Assembly: GCA_036339735.1 (NCBI GenBank)
Contig: JAYZAL010000045.1
Location: 1 to 43,040, forward strand
Source: Candidatus Poribacteria bacterium
GTDB lineage: Bacteria; Poribacteria; WGA-4E; UBA9662
Direction of reading: 5' to 3'
Length of the DNA stretch: 43,040 bases
Shown here: positions 1 to 7,353 of the stretch, in pieces
Numbering within the stretch: the stretch's first letter is position 1
How the letters are laid out: each line of letters opens with the position of its first letter
Position numbers and translations under genes: made by a program
The notes under the pieces: generated by a model
What the model saw: the letters and a program-made list of their open reading frames with translations, nothing else
Told to the model about the DNA's origin: nothing
The model's database searches: none

Positions 1-452
1 TGAGCAATCGCATTGATCGGTGCTTTCAAAGAGACCGCTACTTGTGTTCTGAGCTGATCTTTGGATAACATGTTGACCAAATTTTCTGTTGTTTTTTGGT
101 CAATTACCTGCCCTCCGAGTATGCCTCCCTTAATTTTAAGTGCTTCGTTTTCTTCTTCTTCACTGAATTCAACGAGTGCCTTCGTTAAGCTTGCCGGATC
201 ATCACTAATAGCAACAGCAGTTGTACCTTTAAGATACGGTTCAAGCCCTTCAATACCCAAGTTATCGGCACTGACTTGAATCAGCCGATTTTTATAAACT
301 TTATACTGAACACTGGCTTCCCGTAACACATCGCGTAACTGCCCCATTTGTGCAACGGTTAAGCCTTCATAACTGGTCAATACTGCTACTTCAGCCTCTT
401 CCAGCCGCTGTGTAATCTCAGCTACTTGCTCAACATTCTTTTGATTTGGCAT
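1..452 (-). CDS. rplJ: 50S ribosomal protein L10, partial (3' end runs off the window)
   Basis: Absent from the ORF track. Manual translation from ATG at 452 (SD GGGAGA) gives MPNQKNVEQVAEITQRLEEAEVAVLTSYEGLTVAQMGQLRDVLREASVQYKVYKNRL...LKGTTAVA...KIKGGIL, which has typical L10 motifs and lies downstream of rplA. Confidence 0.95.
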   Translation of the reverse strand, partial: MPNQKNVEQVAEITQRLEEAEVAVLTSYEGLTVAQMGQLRDVLREASVQYKVYKNRLIQVSADNLGIEGLEPYLKGTTAVAISDDPASLTKALVEFSEEEENEALKIKGGILGGQVIDQKTTENLVNMLSKDQLRTQVAVSLKAPINAIA

Positions 453-510
453 TTACCAATCTCCCTTAAGAGATCCCTCTGATACTTGAGGGTGGGTTAA
501 ACTTATCAGC

Positions 511-626
511 AAAAAAAAACCTCCAATCGTTGGAGGCGAAGTCCGACCTAAGACTAGAACCTAGGATCGACATTAGCCTCGGCCGGTTGTTTTATTCGAT
601 TTACTCGAACCGACTGTCTTCGACTA
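511..626 (-). promoter_or_regulatory. L10 leader (ribosomal protein autoregulatory RNA) followed by an intrinsic terminator/attenuator
   Basis: The minus strand reads GTCGAAGACAGTCGGTT...AACCGGCCGAGGC, resembling the L10-leader GAAGACAG...CCGAGG signature. It is followed by CCTCCAA-CGA-TTGGAGG and a T run at 511-536, upstream of rplJ. Confidence 0.8.
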
Positions 627-673
627 AAAATGAAAATGTGTTTTACTTGTAATATTAATTTTAAGTACAAAGA

Positions 674-1372
674 TTAAGCAAACGATTGCAAGTCAACGCG
701 AATGCCAGCACCCATCGTTGAGGAAATTGAAACACTTTTTAAGTAACGTCCTTTTACTGTTGATGGACGAACTCGAACCAATGTTCCCATGACTGCCTGA
801 ATATTATCTTCAATCTGTTCTTTACCGAAAGATGCCTTACCAACTGGAACGTGGACAATACCAGACTCTCTCTCAACACGATATTCAATCTGACCGGCTT
901 TGATATTGTTAAGTACGCCAGCGACATCGTTGGTTACCGTTCCGGTCTTAGCGTTCGGCATCAATCCACGAGGCCCTAGAATCCTACCCAATTTAGGGGT
1001 AATTCTACGCATCAAATCTGGTGTAGAAACCGTGGCATCAAAATCCATCCAGCCACCCGCAATCTTATCAACTAGCTCATCTACTCCCACTTCGTCTGCC
1101 CCAGCATCAAGTGCGGATTGGGCATTTTCACCTTCAGCAAAAACGATTACCCTTACTTTTTTACCTGTTCCATGTGGTAAGGAAATAGTGCCACGCAGAT
1201 TCTGCTCAGCCTGTTTAGCGTCTACACCCAAGTGAGCTGCCAGATCAACTGTTTCGTCGAATTTGGCACTAGCGTTACTTTTTAAAATTTCAACGGCTTG
1301 ATCTATTGCGTAAACCTGATTTCTGTCAATCGACTCACTAACCTTTTTGAACCTTTTACTACGTTTTCCCAT
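674..1372 (-). CDS. rplA: 50S ribosomal protein L1
   Basis: KFDETVD, LPHGTGK, LGRILGPRGLMPN and STMG motifs; synteny with rplK. Confidence 0.99.
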   Translation of the reverse strand: MGKRSKRFKKVSESIDRNQVYAIDQAVEILKSNASAKFDETVDLAAHLGVDAKQAEQNLRGTISLPHGTGKKVRVIVFAEGENAQSALDAGADEVGVDELVDKIAGGWMDFDATVSTPDLMRRITPKLGRILGPRGLMPNAKTGTVTNDVAGVLNNIKAGQIEYRVERESGIVHVPVGKASFGKEQIEDNIQAVMGTLVRVRPSTVKGRYLKSVSISSTMGAGIRVDLQSFA

Positions 1373-1389
1373 ATCGATTCTCCTGATAT

Positions 1390-1815
1390 TTATTCACTGA
1401 CTAGTAAGCCCATGCTCCTGGCTGTCCCTGCAACCATCCGCATTGCTGATTCAACGCTAGTCGTATTGAGATCGTTGAGTTTGACTTTGGCAATTTCTTC
1501 AAGGTCTTGTGGGGTAACTGTTCCGACCTTATTTCGATTTGGTTCTCCGGATCCTTTGGCTAATTTCGCTGCTTGTTTTAGCAACACTGCTGTCGGCGGA
1601 GATTTAACTTCAAAACTGTAAGATCGATCCGCATAACAAGTAACGATGGTGGTAACAATTAGCCCAGATTGATGCTGAGTTTGAGCATTGAAGGACTTTA
1701 CGAACTCTTGCAAATTAATTGCATAAGGGGCCAAACTCGGCCCCACAGGTGGCTGGGGCGTCGCCTGACCAGATACCAGTTGCAATTTGACTTCGCCCGC
1801 GATCTTTTTTGCCAT
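1390..1815 (-). CDS. rplK: 50S ribosomal protein L11
   Basis: MAKK..., ATPQPPVGP, KSPP and GTARSMG motifs. Confidence 0.99.
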   Translation of the reverse strand: MAKKIAGEVKLQLVSGQATPQPPVGPSLAPYAINLQEFVKSFNAQTQHQSGLIVTTIVTCYADRSYSFEVKSPPTAVLLKQAAKLAKGSGEPNRNKVGTVTPQDLEEIAKVKLNDLNTTSVESAMRMVAGTARSMGLLVSE

Positions 1816-1856
1816 TTCTTAAGTTTCCTCTTATCCTAATAATTCCTATTCTATTC

Positions 1857-2420
1857 TTACTCTAGTTTCTCCACTTCAAAAAATTCTAGATCAAAGGGAG
1901 TGACCCGGCCAAAAATAGAAATATTCAAATGCAAACGTCTCTTATCTACATCGACACGGTTTACCTCAGCTACAAAACCACGGAACGGCCCCTCGATCAC
2001 GCGAACTTGGTCTCCAGGAATGTAGTCTATTACACCAATATCTTCTTCTTGTTCAGCTGGGGCATCCAGAATTGTCGAAACCTCTTCAGGACTGAGCCTG
2101 TTAGGTTTCGTACCTCCCCCACCAACAAAACCCATTACACTTGGGGTGTCCTGAATCAACGCCCAGCAGTTTCTAATATCTGTGTCTTCTGAATCTGACT
2201 GAATCTCTTTTTGGGTTTCAATCAAAATGTAGCCAGGAAAAGACGGACGCTCGACAGTTCTTCGCTTCCCGTCTTTGATCTCGGTAAATTCTTTAATGGG
2301 AATAACTACTTGCGTTAGAAAATCGTCAAGTTGCAAAGCAATTGCACGCTGTTCTAAATTCAACTTGACTTTTTTCTCATGTCCAGAGTAAATGTGAAGG
2401 ATATACCAGAAAGTTGACAT
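1857..2420 (-). CDS. nusG: Transcription termination/antitermination factor NusG
   Basis: WYILHIYSGHEKKVK, FPGYIL, KOW motif GDQVRVIEGPF and IFGR; lies between secE and rplK. Confidence 0.98.
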   Translation of the reverse strand: MSTFWYILHIYSGHEKKVKLNLEQRAIALQLDDFLTQVVIPIKEFTEIKDGKRRTVERPSFPGYILIETQKEIQSDSEDTDIRNCWALIQDTPSVMGFVGGGGTKPNRLSPEEVSTILDAPAEQEEDIGVIDYIPGDQVRVIEGPFRGFVAEVNRVDVDKRRLHLNISIFGRVTPFDLEFFEVEKLE

Positions 2421-2437
2421 TGAATATCTCGACCGAA

Positions 2438-2833
2438 CTACAAAAACAAACTACGAAGCCAAGCTATGCCAAAACCAGTCACCGGCCCACCAGCCGTCAG
2501 ATGTAGAACGACAGCAACGGTAACCGGAACTAGACCTATTACAATGGAAAACTTCCAATCGTCCATAAGACGACTAAAGATAAAGGGGATAGCCAAAGGT
2601 AAAACGGCCAACAATGCAAAGCCCGGCGTCACGAGGTCAGTAACTTCTTTTGAGCCTCCAGTCCAACGGGGCAACTGATCAGCTCCGTCCACTAGCCACA
2701 GAAAAGCGATCAGTATAGCAGTAGCAGTGATAACAACTAAAGAATTACCACGAACCTCTTTCCATTCTGGCTTGGATACCTTAGTCCACTCATTTTGAAT
2801 ATCTTGGAAATACTTTTTTGTTTTTGCGATCAT
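2438..2833 (-). CDS. secE: Preprotein translocase SecE, extended form with extra hydrophobic segments
   Basis: YFQDIQNEWTKVSKPEWKEV is the SecE signature and is followed by a TM helix. The gene sits between tRNA-Trp and nusG. The ATG at 2833 is preferred over the ORF-track start at 2857. Confidence 0.88.
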   Translation of the reverse strand: MIAKTKKYFQDIQNEWTKVSKPEWKEVRGNSLVVITATAILIAFLWLVDGADQLPRWTGGSKEVTDLVTPGFALLAVLPLAIPFIFSRLMDDWKFSIVIGLVPVTVAVVLHLTAGGPVTGFGIAWLRSLFL

Positions 2834-2899
2834 TATAAATTTCCGCGCCCTACACAAACCGTGCTTTTATAATAAAATACGGCGCAATAGATAGAAAGA

Positions 2900-2972
2900 C
2901 AGGCCAGAAAGGACTCGAACCTTCAACCCCCGGTTTTGGAGACCGGTGCTCTGCCAATTGAGCTACTAGCCT
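2900..2972 (-). tRNA. tRNA-Trp(CCA)
   Basis: AGGCTAGTAGCTCAATTGGCAGAGC-ACCGGT-CTCCAAA-ACCGG...GGTTCGAGTCC cloverleaf; 3' CCA not encoded. Confidence 0.97.
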
Positions 2973-3017
2973 GCAAGCTAAGCAATTACATTACAATTGC
3001 TTGTTTAGATAGTGATA

Positions 3018-3089
3018 AGCTGATGGCGGGGATTGAACCCGCGGCCTCCTCCTTACCAAGGAGGTGCTCTACCACTGAGCTACATCAGC
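3018..3089 (-). tRNA. tRNA-Thr(GGT)
   Basis: GCTGATGTAGCTCAGTGGTAGAGC, anticodon arm CCTCC-TTGGTAA-GGAGG, T-arm GGTTCAATCC. Confidence 0.97.
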
Positions 3090-3102
3090 ACCAGCAGGCT
3101 AA

Positions 3103-3173
3103 AGCGGGTGATGAGAATCGAACTCACGTGACTGGCTTGGAAGGCCAGGGCTTTACCACTAAGCTACACCCGC
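3103..3173 (-). tRNA. tRNA-Gly(TCC)
   Basis: GCGGGTGTAGCTTAGTGGTAAAGC, anticodon arm CTGGC-CTTCCAA-GCCAG, T-loop GTTCGATTC. Confidence 0.97.
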
Positions 3174-3200
3174 AATTCGCTCACTGTAATATTAACAATT

Positions 3201-3282
3201 TGGGGAGGGACGGATTCGAACCGCCGAAACCTGAGGTGCCAGATTTACAGTCTGGTGCGTTTAACCACTTCGCTACCTCCCC
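3201..3282 (-). tRNA. tRNA-Tyr(GTA)
   Basis: GGGGAGGTAGCGAAGTGGTTAAACGC, anticodon arm CCAGA-CTGTAAA-TCTGG, long variable arm, GGTTCGAATCC. Confidence 0.97.
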
Positions 3283-3290
3283 ACCGGACA

Positions 3291-3363
3291 AGCTGATGAG
3301 AGGACTTGAACCTCCAACCTGCTGATTACAAATCAGCTGCTCTGCCAATTGAGCTACACCAGC
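3291..3363 (-). tRNA. tRNA-Thr(TGT)
   Basis: GCTGGTGTAGCTCAATTGGCAGAGC, anticodon arm GCTGA-TTTGTAA-TCAGC, GGTTCAAGTCC. Confidence 0.97.
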
Positions 3364-3378
3364 CTATAGCGAGGTGGA

Positions 3379-3408
3379 ATTATATCCATTGCTATTTTTA
3401 ATTGTCAA
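3379..3408 (-). promoter_or_regulatory. Sigma70 promoter of the tRNA-secE-nusG-rpl operon
   Basis: Exact TTGACA-N18-TATAAT on the minus strand, about 15 nt upstream of the first tRNA. Confidence 0.85.
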
Positions 3409-3468
3409 GATGATTTTATCCTTTCCTAAACCCAAAGTTGTTTTGATGGACTATTGATGGTCCAATTT

Positions 3469-5307
3469 TTAACGAGAAAGAACAGCCTTGACTTTTTTTA
3501 CAATAGAATTTGCATCTATACCAAACGCACACAACAGTTCATCTGGCTGACCTGATCTAGGAATACCATTAACTGCCAATTTATGAACACAAATCCCGCT
3601 TTGTGATACCGCGCTCTGTACAGCTTCGCCAATCCCACCTTCTGGATAGTGATCTTCGACGGTGATAATTGTATTACCAGTACTTTCCGCCGACTTGATT
3701 AGAGTCTGAGAATCTATGGGCTTAACTGAATATAGGTCGATTACTCTGATCAGTAATTCATTCGCTTTAAGTTCCTGGTAGGCCTTCAGGATTTCGTGAA
3801 CTGTCACACCAGCACCAACTACAGTTATCTGGTCGTTTTCACTCGATTTCAAGATTTTACTGCCACCGATTGGAAACATTTCTTCATTATCGTAAATAAC
3901 GGCGGTCTTTGGCCGAGACGTTCTAAGAAAAACAATCCCATCGTATACGGCCGACTCTGCTACCAGCCGTTCAGTAGCTACTGGATCACTTGGATAAAGA
4001 ACTGCGGCGCCAGGAATTGCTCGGAACATAGCTAAATCTTCTAAACCCATCTGTGACGGTCCATCTTCACCTATGGATACGCCACAATGCGACCCCACGT
4101 ATTTGATATTAGTTTGGGAAATGGCTGACATACGGATTTGGTCATACGCTCGTGCGAAAAACGCAGCAAATGTCGACACAAAGGGTATCTTACCCCTCTT
4201 TGACAAACCAATACCTGCACCGACCAAATTCTGTTCGGCAATATACATCTCGAAGTATCGATTTTTATCTACTTCTAGAATTTGCTCGGCGTAAGTTGAA
4301 TTTTTAGTGTCTCCATCCAACGCTACTATATTCGGGTTAGCCATAGCTAATTTAGCTAACGCTGTACCATACCCGCTTCTTGTAGCAATTTTGTCCCCTA
4401 TCTGGTACTTTGGAGGTTCAATTTTACTAAATGATTGAGATCGCAATTCACTAACTGTTGGCACCTGAATTGGGACAGGGACATCCATGATTGGCCCTAG
4501 TTCATTTAAAGCTTGTTCTAATTGCTCATCCGGAATTGCTTTGCCGTGCCAGCCGTCTACATTTTCGGTAAAAGAGACACCTCGACCCTTGAAAGTTTTT
4601 GCAACAATCATGGTTGGTTGTTTTTTTATGCTTTGGGCTTGACTGAATGCAGATATAATTTGTTCAATATCGTGGCCGTCAATGCTAATAGTATTCCAAC
4701 CAAAAGATTCAAACCGTCTGCAGTACGAATCAACGTCAAATCCATACATTGTTTGCTGACTTTGACCAATTCCATTGACATCAACAATACCAACCAAGTT
4801 ATCGAGTTTATAGTGAGATGCTAATGCTGCAGCTTCCCATACACCACCTTCAGCCGTTTCACCATCACCCATTAGTACGTAAACTCGATAGTCTAACTGA
4901 TCCAAATATTTGCCGTTAATCGCCATACCTAAGCCAACACTCAACCCTTGTCCTAAAGATCCTGTGGCCACATCCACCCAAGGTAGGCGTGGTGTAGGAT
5001 GTCCTTCTAAATCGCTGTCGATCTTTCGCAGATTAAGCAAATCGTCAATTTCAATTATACCAGCTTCAGCCCAAGCCGCATAAAGCAATGGCGCAGCATG
5101 TCCCTTGGATAAAATGAAACGGTCATTGTTGGGATGATCAGCATGATGAACATCATATCGCATACTATGAAAAAACAGTACTGATACGATATCAGCAGCA
5201 GACATACAAGTCGTTGGATGGCCAGATCCAGATTCACTTGTCGAAACGATTGAATGAATTCGTAAGTTATTGGCTTTTTGTGAAAGTGCTGTTATAGTAC
5301 TTGTCAT
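3469..5307 (-). CDS. tkt: Transketolase, short animal-TKT-like type
   Basis: GHPTTC, DRFILSKGHA, EGHP, TGSLGQG, ThDP-binding GDGE...N, IAEQN and SHCGVSIGEDGPSQMGLED. Start is ATG 5307 or GTG 5322. Confidence 0.95.
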   Translation of the reverse strand: MTSTITALSQKANNLRIHSIVSTSESGSGHPTTCMSAADIVSVLFFHSMRYDVHHADHPNNDRFILSKGHAAPLLYAAWAEAGIIEIDDLLNLRKIDSDLEGHPTPRLPWVDVATGSLGQGLSVGLGMAINGKYLDQLDYRVYVLMGDGETAEGGVWEAAALASHYKLDNLVGIVDVNGIGQSQQTMYGFDVDSYCRRFESFGWNTISIDGHDIEQIISAFSQAQSIKKQPTMIVAKTFKGRGVSFTENVDGWHGKAIPDEQLEQALNELGPIMDVPVPIQVPTVSELRSQSFSKIEPPKYQIGDKIATRSGYGTALAKLAMANPNIVALDGDTKNSTYAEQILEVDKNRYFEMYIAEQNLVGAGIGLSKRGKIPFVSTFAAFFARAYDQIRMSAISQTNIKYVGSHCGVSIGEDGPSQMGLEDLAMFRAIPGAAVLYPSDPVATERLVAESAVYDGIVFLRTSRPKTAVIYDNEEMFPIGGSKILKSSENDQITVVGAGVTVHEILKAYQELKANELLIRVIDLYSVKPIDSQTLIKSAESTGNTIITVEDHYPEGGIGEAVQSAVSQSGICVHKLAVNGIPRSGQPDELLCAFGIDANSIVKKVKAVLSR

Positions 5308-5344
5308 TTGTGTTACTCTCACCTTAGAGATCGGTCTCCTACGT

Positions 5345-6406
5345 TTAATTTGAAGTCTTTTTAATCTGGGTAATCAACCCAACTAAAATGTCAATTGCAT
5401 GCATAATCGATTCTTGGTCTGCATCACTGTTTGTTACTATTCGAACTTGCTGTGTGTCAAAATAGGACAACTTAACCCCTCTCTTTCTAGCTTTTTCAAC
5501 GAATTCTGGAGCTGAAATGCCAACTTTTTGGCTATTAAAAACAACTATATTAGTGGGGAAATGAGACGGTTCCAGTTCTAGCTCTTCAATTTCTGCTAAA
5601 TGTTTGGCGATCAGCTGAGCATGAAGATGGTCTTCAGACAATCGTTTGACCATTTTGGTTAAAGCCACGATGCCAGCTGCAGCAATTACACCTGATTGAC
5701 GCATACCACCACCTAGTCGGCGGCGTACTTGCATTGCCTGCTGAATAAAATCGTTCGAGCCTACCAGTATGGACCCAACGGGTGCAGATAGACCTTTGGA
5801 CAAGCAAAATGAAACGGAATCAGCATATTTGGTAATTGATTGAATTGAAACTCCTAACGCCTCAGCGGCATTAAAAATCCGCGCGCCATCTAAATGGACT
5901 GAGGTTTGGTGCTGGTGGGCCAATTGAAAAACTGTTTTCATCCGATCTAACGTGATTGGTCGGCCACCACGGCGATTATGTGTGGTTTCTAGACAGAGTA
6001 AACTAGTTTTTGGAAAGCGATTTCTATTCCTCTGCAGGTAATATGTGATCTGCTCTGGGTCAGGACAGCCTGTTGGGTGATCAACCACAATTGGCATTAC
6101 TCCTGCTAGCCCTGAAATTGCCGCCGACTCGTAGTAATAAATGTGAGATTCTGCATCCACAATGGCAGTCTCACCATGGCATGCATGTGTCATGATAGCC
6201 ACGTTGTTACTCATTGTGCCGCTCGGTACGAATAATGCAGATTCTTTTCCCATCATCTGGGCGGCTAAATCTTGCAGTTCGTTTACAGTGAAATCTTCAC
6301 CGTGGCAATCATCACCCACCACGGAGTCCTTCATAGCTTGGCGCATCTCCTTTGTGGGCTTTGTAACGGTGTCACTCCGAAGATCTACGATTTTCATCGC
6401 TGTCAC
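5345..6406 (-). CDS. ltaE: Low-specificity L-threonine aldolase (PLP-dependent)
   Basis: DLRSDTVTKP, SGTMSN, HLDGARIFNA, CLSKGLSAPVGS and GGGMRQ. The start may be ATG 6397. Confidence 0.93.
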   Translation of the reverse strand: MTAMKIVDLRSDTVTKPTKEMRQAMKDSVVGDDCHGEDFTVNELQDLAAQMMGKESALFVPSGTMSNNVAIMTHACHGETAIVDAESHIYYYESAAISGLAGVMPIVVDHPTGCPDPEQITYYLQRNRNRFPKTSLLCLETTHNRRGGRPITLDRMKTVFQLAHQHQTSVHLDGARIFNAAEALGVSIQSITKYADSVSFCLSKGLSAPVGSILVGSNDFIQQAMQVRRRLGGGMRQSGVIAAAGIVALTKMVKRLSEDHLHAQLIAKHLAEIEELELEPSHFPTNIVVFNSQKVGISAPEFVEKARKRGVKLSYFDTQQVRIVTNSDADQESIMHAIDILVGLITQIKKTSN

Positions 6407-6440
6407 TTAAAAAGAGGAATAGAGGGTGGTGTAAATTTAG

Positions 6441-6887
6441 TTAATCTTTGTTACCATGAATACCAAAAAGATTCGCTAATCGACGCTCAGCTGCTAACGA
6501 AAGATAGTGAAGTTTGTGATGACTAACTAAATCCTCAAACAAATTTATTGCAAGGTCTTCTTTCTCAAGTTTTAAATAGGATTCAGCCAACCAATACTTA
6601 GATTTAGCTTGTGAGTCATCTGGCTCAGAAATTTCAATTGATCCCGACTGGGAGGTTTGCGTATCCTCTTGATTTGCTTCTGAATAAGTTAGAGCCTGTT
6701 GAAAATAGGACACAGAAGCCTCAAAATCTTGTTCTTGGTGATAAGATTTGAAAGCCAAATACAGACAGGTATTATCTCCATTGAGAAAATCTAGGTTGTT
6801 ACTGGCATGAAAAGGATCCGACAATTCTTCGATAATGTCTTCTTCTTGCTCTTCTTCTAAGACTTCAATATTCGTTTCATTTAGCAT
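6441..6887 (-). CDS. Acidic TPR-like hypothetical protein
   Basis: Acidic N-terminus; helical pairs such as AKSKYWLAESYLKL...AINLFEDLV are TPR-like. Confidence 0.65.
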   Translation of the reverse strand: MLNETNIEVLEEEQEEDIIEELSDPFHASNNLDFLNGDNTCLYLAFKSYHQEQDFEASVSYFQQALTYSEANQEDTQTSQSGSIEISEPDDSQAKSKYWLAESYLKLEKEDLAINLFEDLVSHHKLHYLSLAAERRLANLFGIHGNKD

Positions 6888-6928
6888 AAAAATATCCTGT
6901 GACCAAGTCTCATTCTACTAGCATCTTT

Positions 6929-7243
6929 TTAAGCAATTTTATCAATCAGTAGACCACCGCCACGAAGTTGTCCTTTTGCGTCTCTACTGATTCTGCGCAA
7001 TGTGTCAACATTCCTAGATTGCTGTGTTCTTTGAAGTTGGCGCCCACGCTGGATACGCGCCACTTCTATTTTCTTTGTGGCTAATTTATGTCCTTTCCGT
7101 TTCCCAATTTCGCTAGCTTCCCGAGTCAAATTTCGTTTTCCTAGCGGTTTACTAGAATTGCGGTTCGTCGTGTGGGTAGCGGGAAGCCGCATTTGTCGAC
7201 CTAGATCCTTCGTCGGCATCAACGTACTGGTATGAGTAGACAT
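6929..7243 (-). CDS. Small basic hypothetical protein
   Basis: 104 aa K/R/Q-rich ORF with SD AAGGA and its own upstream promoter; ends GGGLLIDKIA. Confidence 0.6.
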   Translation of the reverse strand: MSTHTSTLMPTKDLGRQMRLPATHTTNRNSSKPLGKRNLTREASEIGKRKGHKLATKKIEVARIQRGRQLQRTQQSRNVDTLRRISRDAKGQLRGGGLLIDKIA

Positions 7244-7291
7244 TAGAAAAAATCCTTAGGCCATGTAGCCCGCGTTCGAAAATGGTCTACC

Positions 7292-7320
7292 ATTATAACC
7301 GAAGTTAGTCAGTTTTCCAA
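7292..7320 (-). promoter_or_regulatory. Putative sigma70 promoter
   Basis: TTGGAA-N17-TATAAT on the minus strand, about 50 nt upstream of the 104 aa ORF. Confidence 0.6.
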
Positions 7321-7351
7321 CCAAAAACCACAGATCATTTGTGGCTTTTGG
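7321..7351 (-). terminator. Inverted repeat / probable terminator after the GldG-like gene
   Basis: CCAAAAACCACA-GATCATT-TGTGGCTTTTGG directly after the stop codon. Confidence 0.55.
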
Positions 7352-7353
7352 TG

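Noticed and set aside
61-2678. Plus-strand ORFs of 70-111 aa
   Set aside because: Antisense shadows of rplJ, rplA, rplK, nusG and secE.
2936-3325. 129-aa plus-strand ORF
   Set aside because: It is the antisense of five tRNA genes, a typical spurious ORF.
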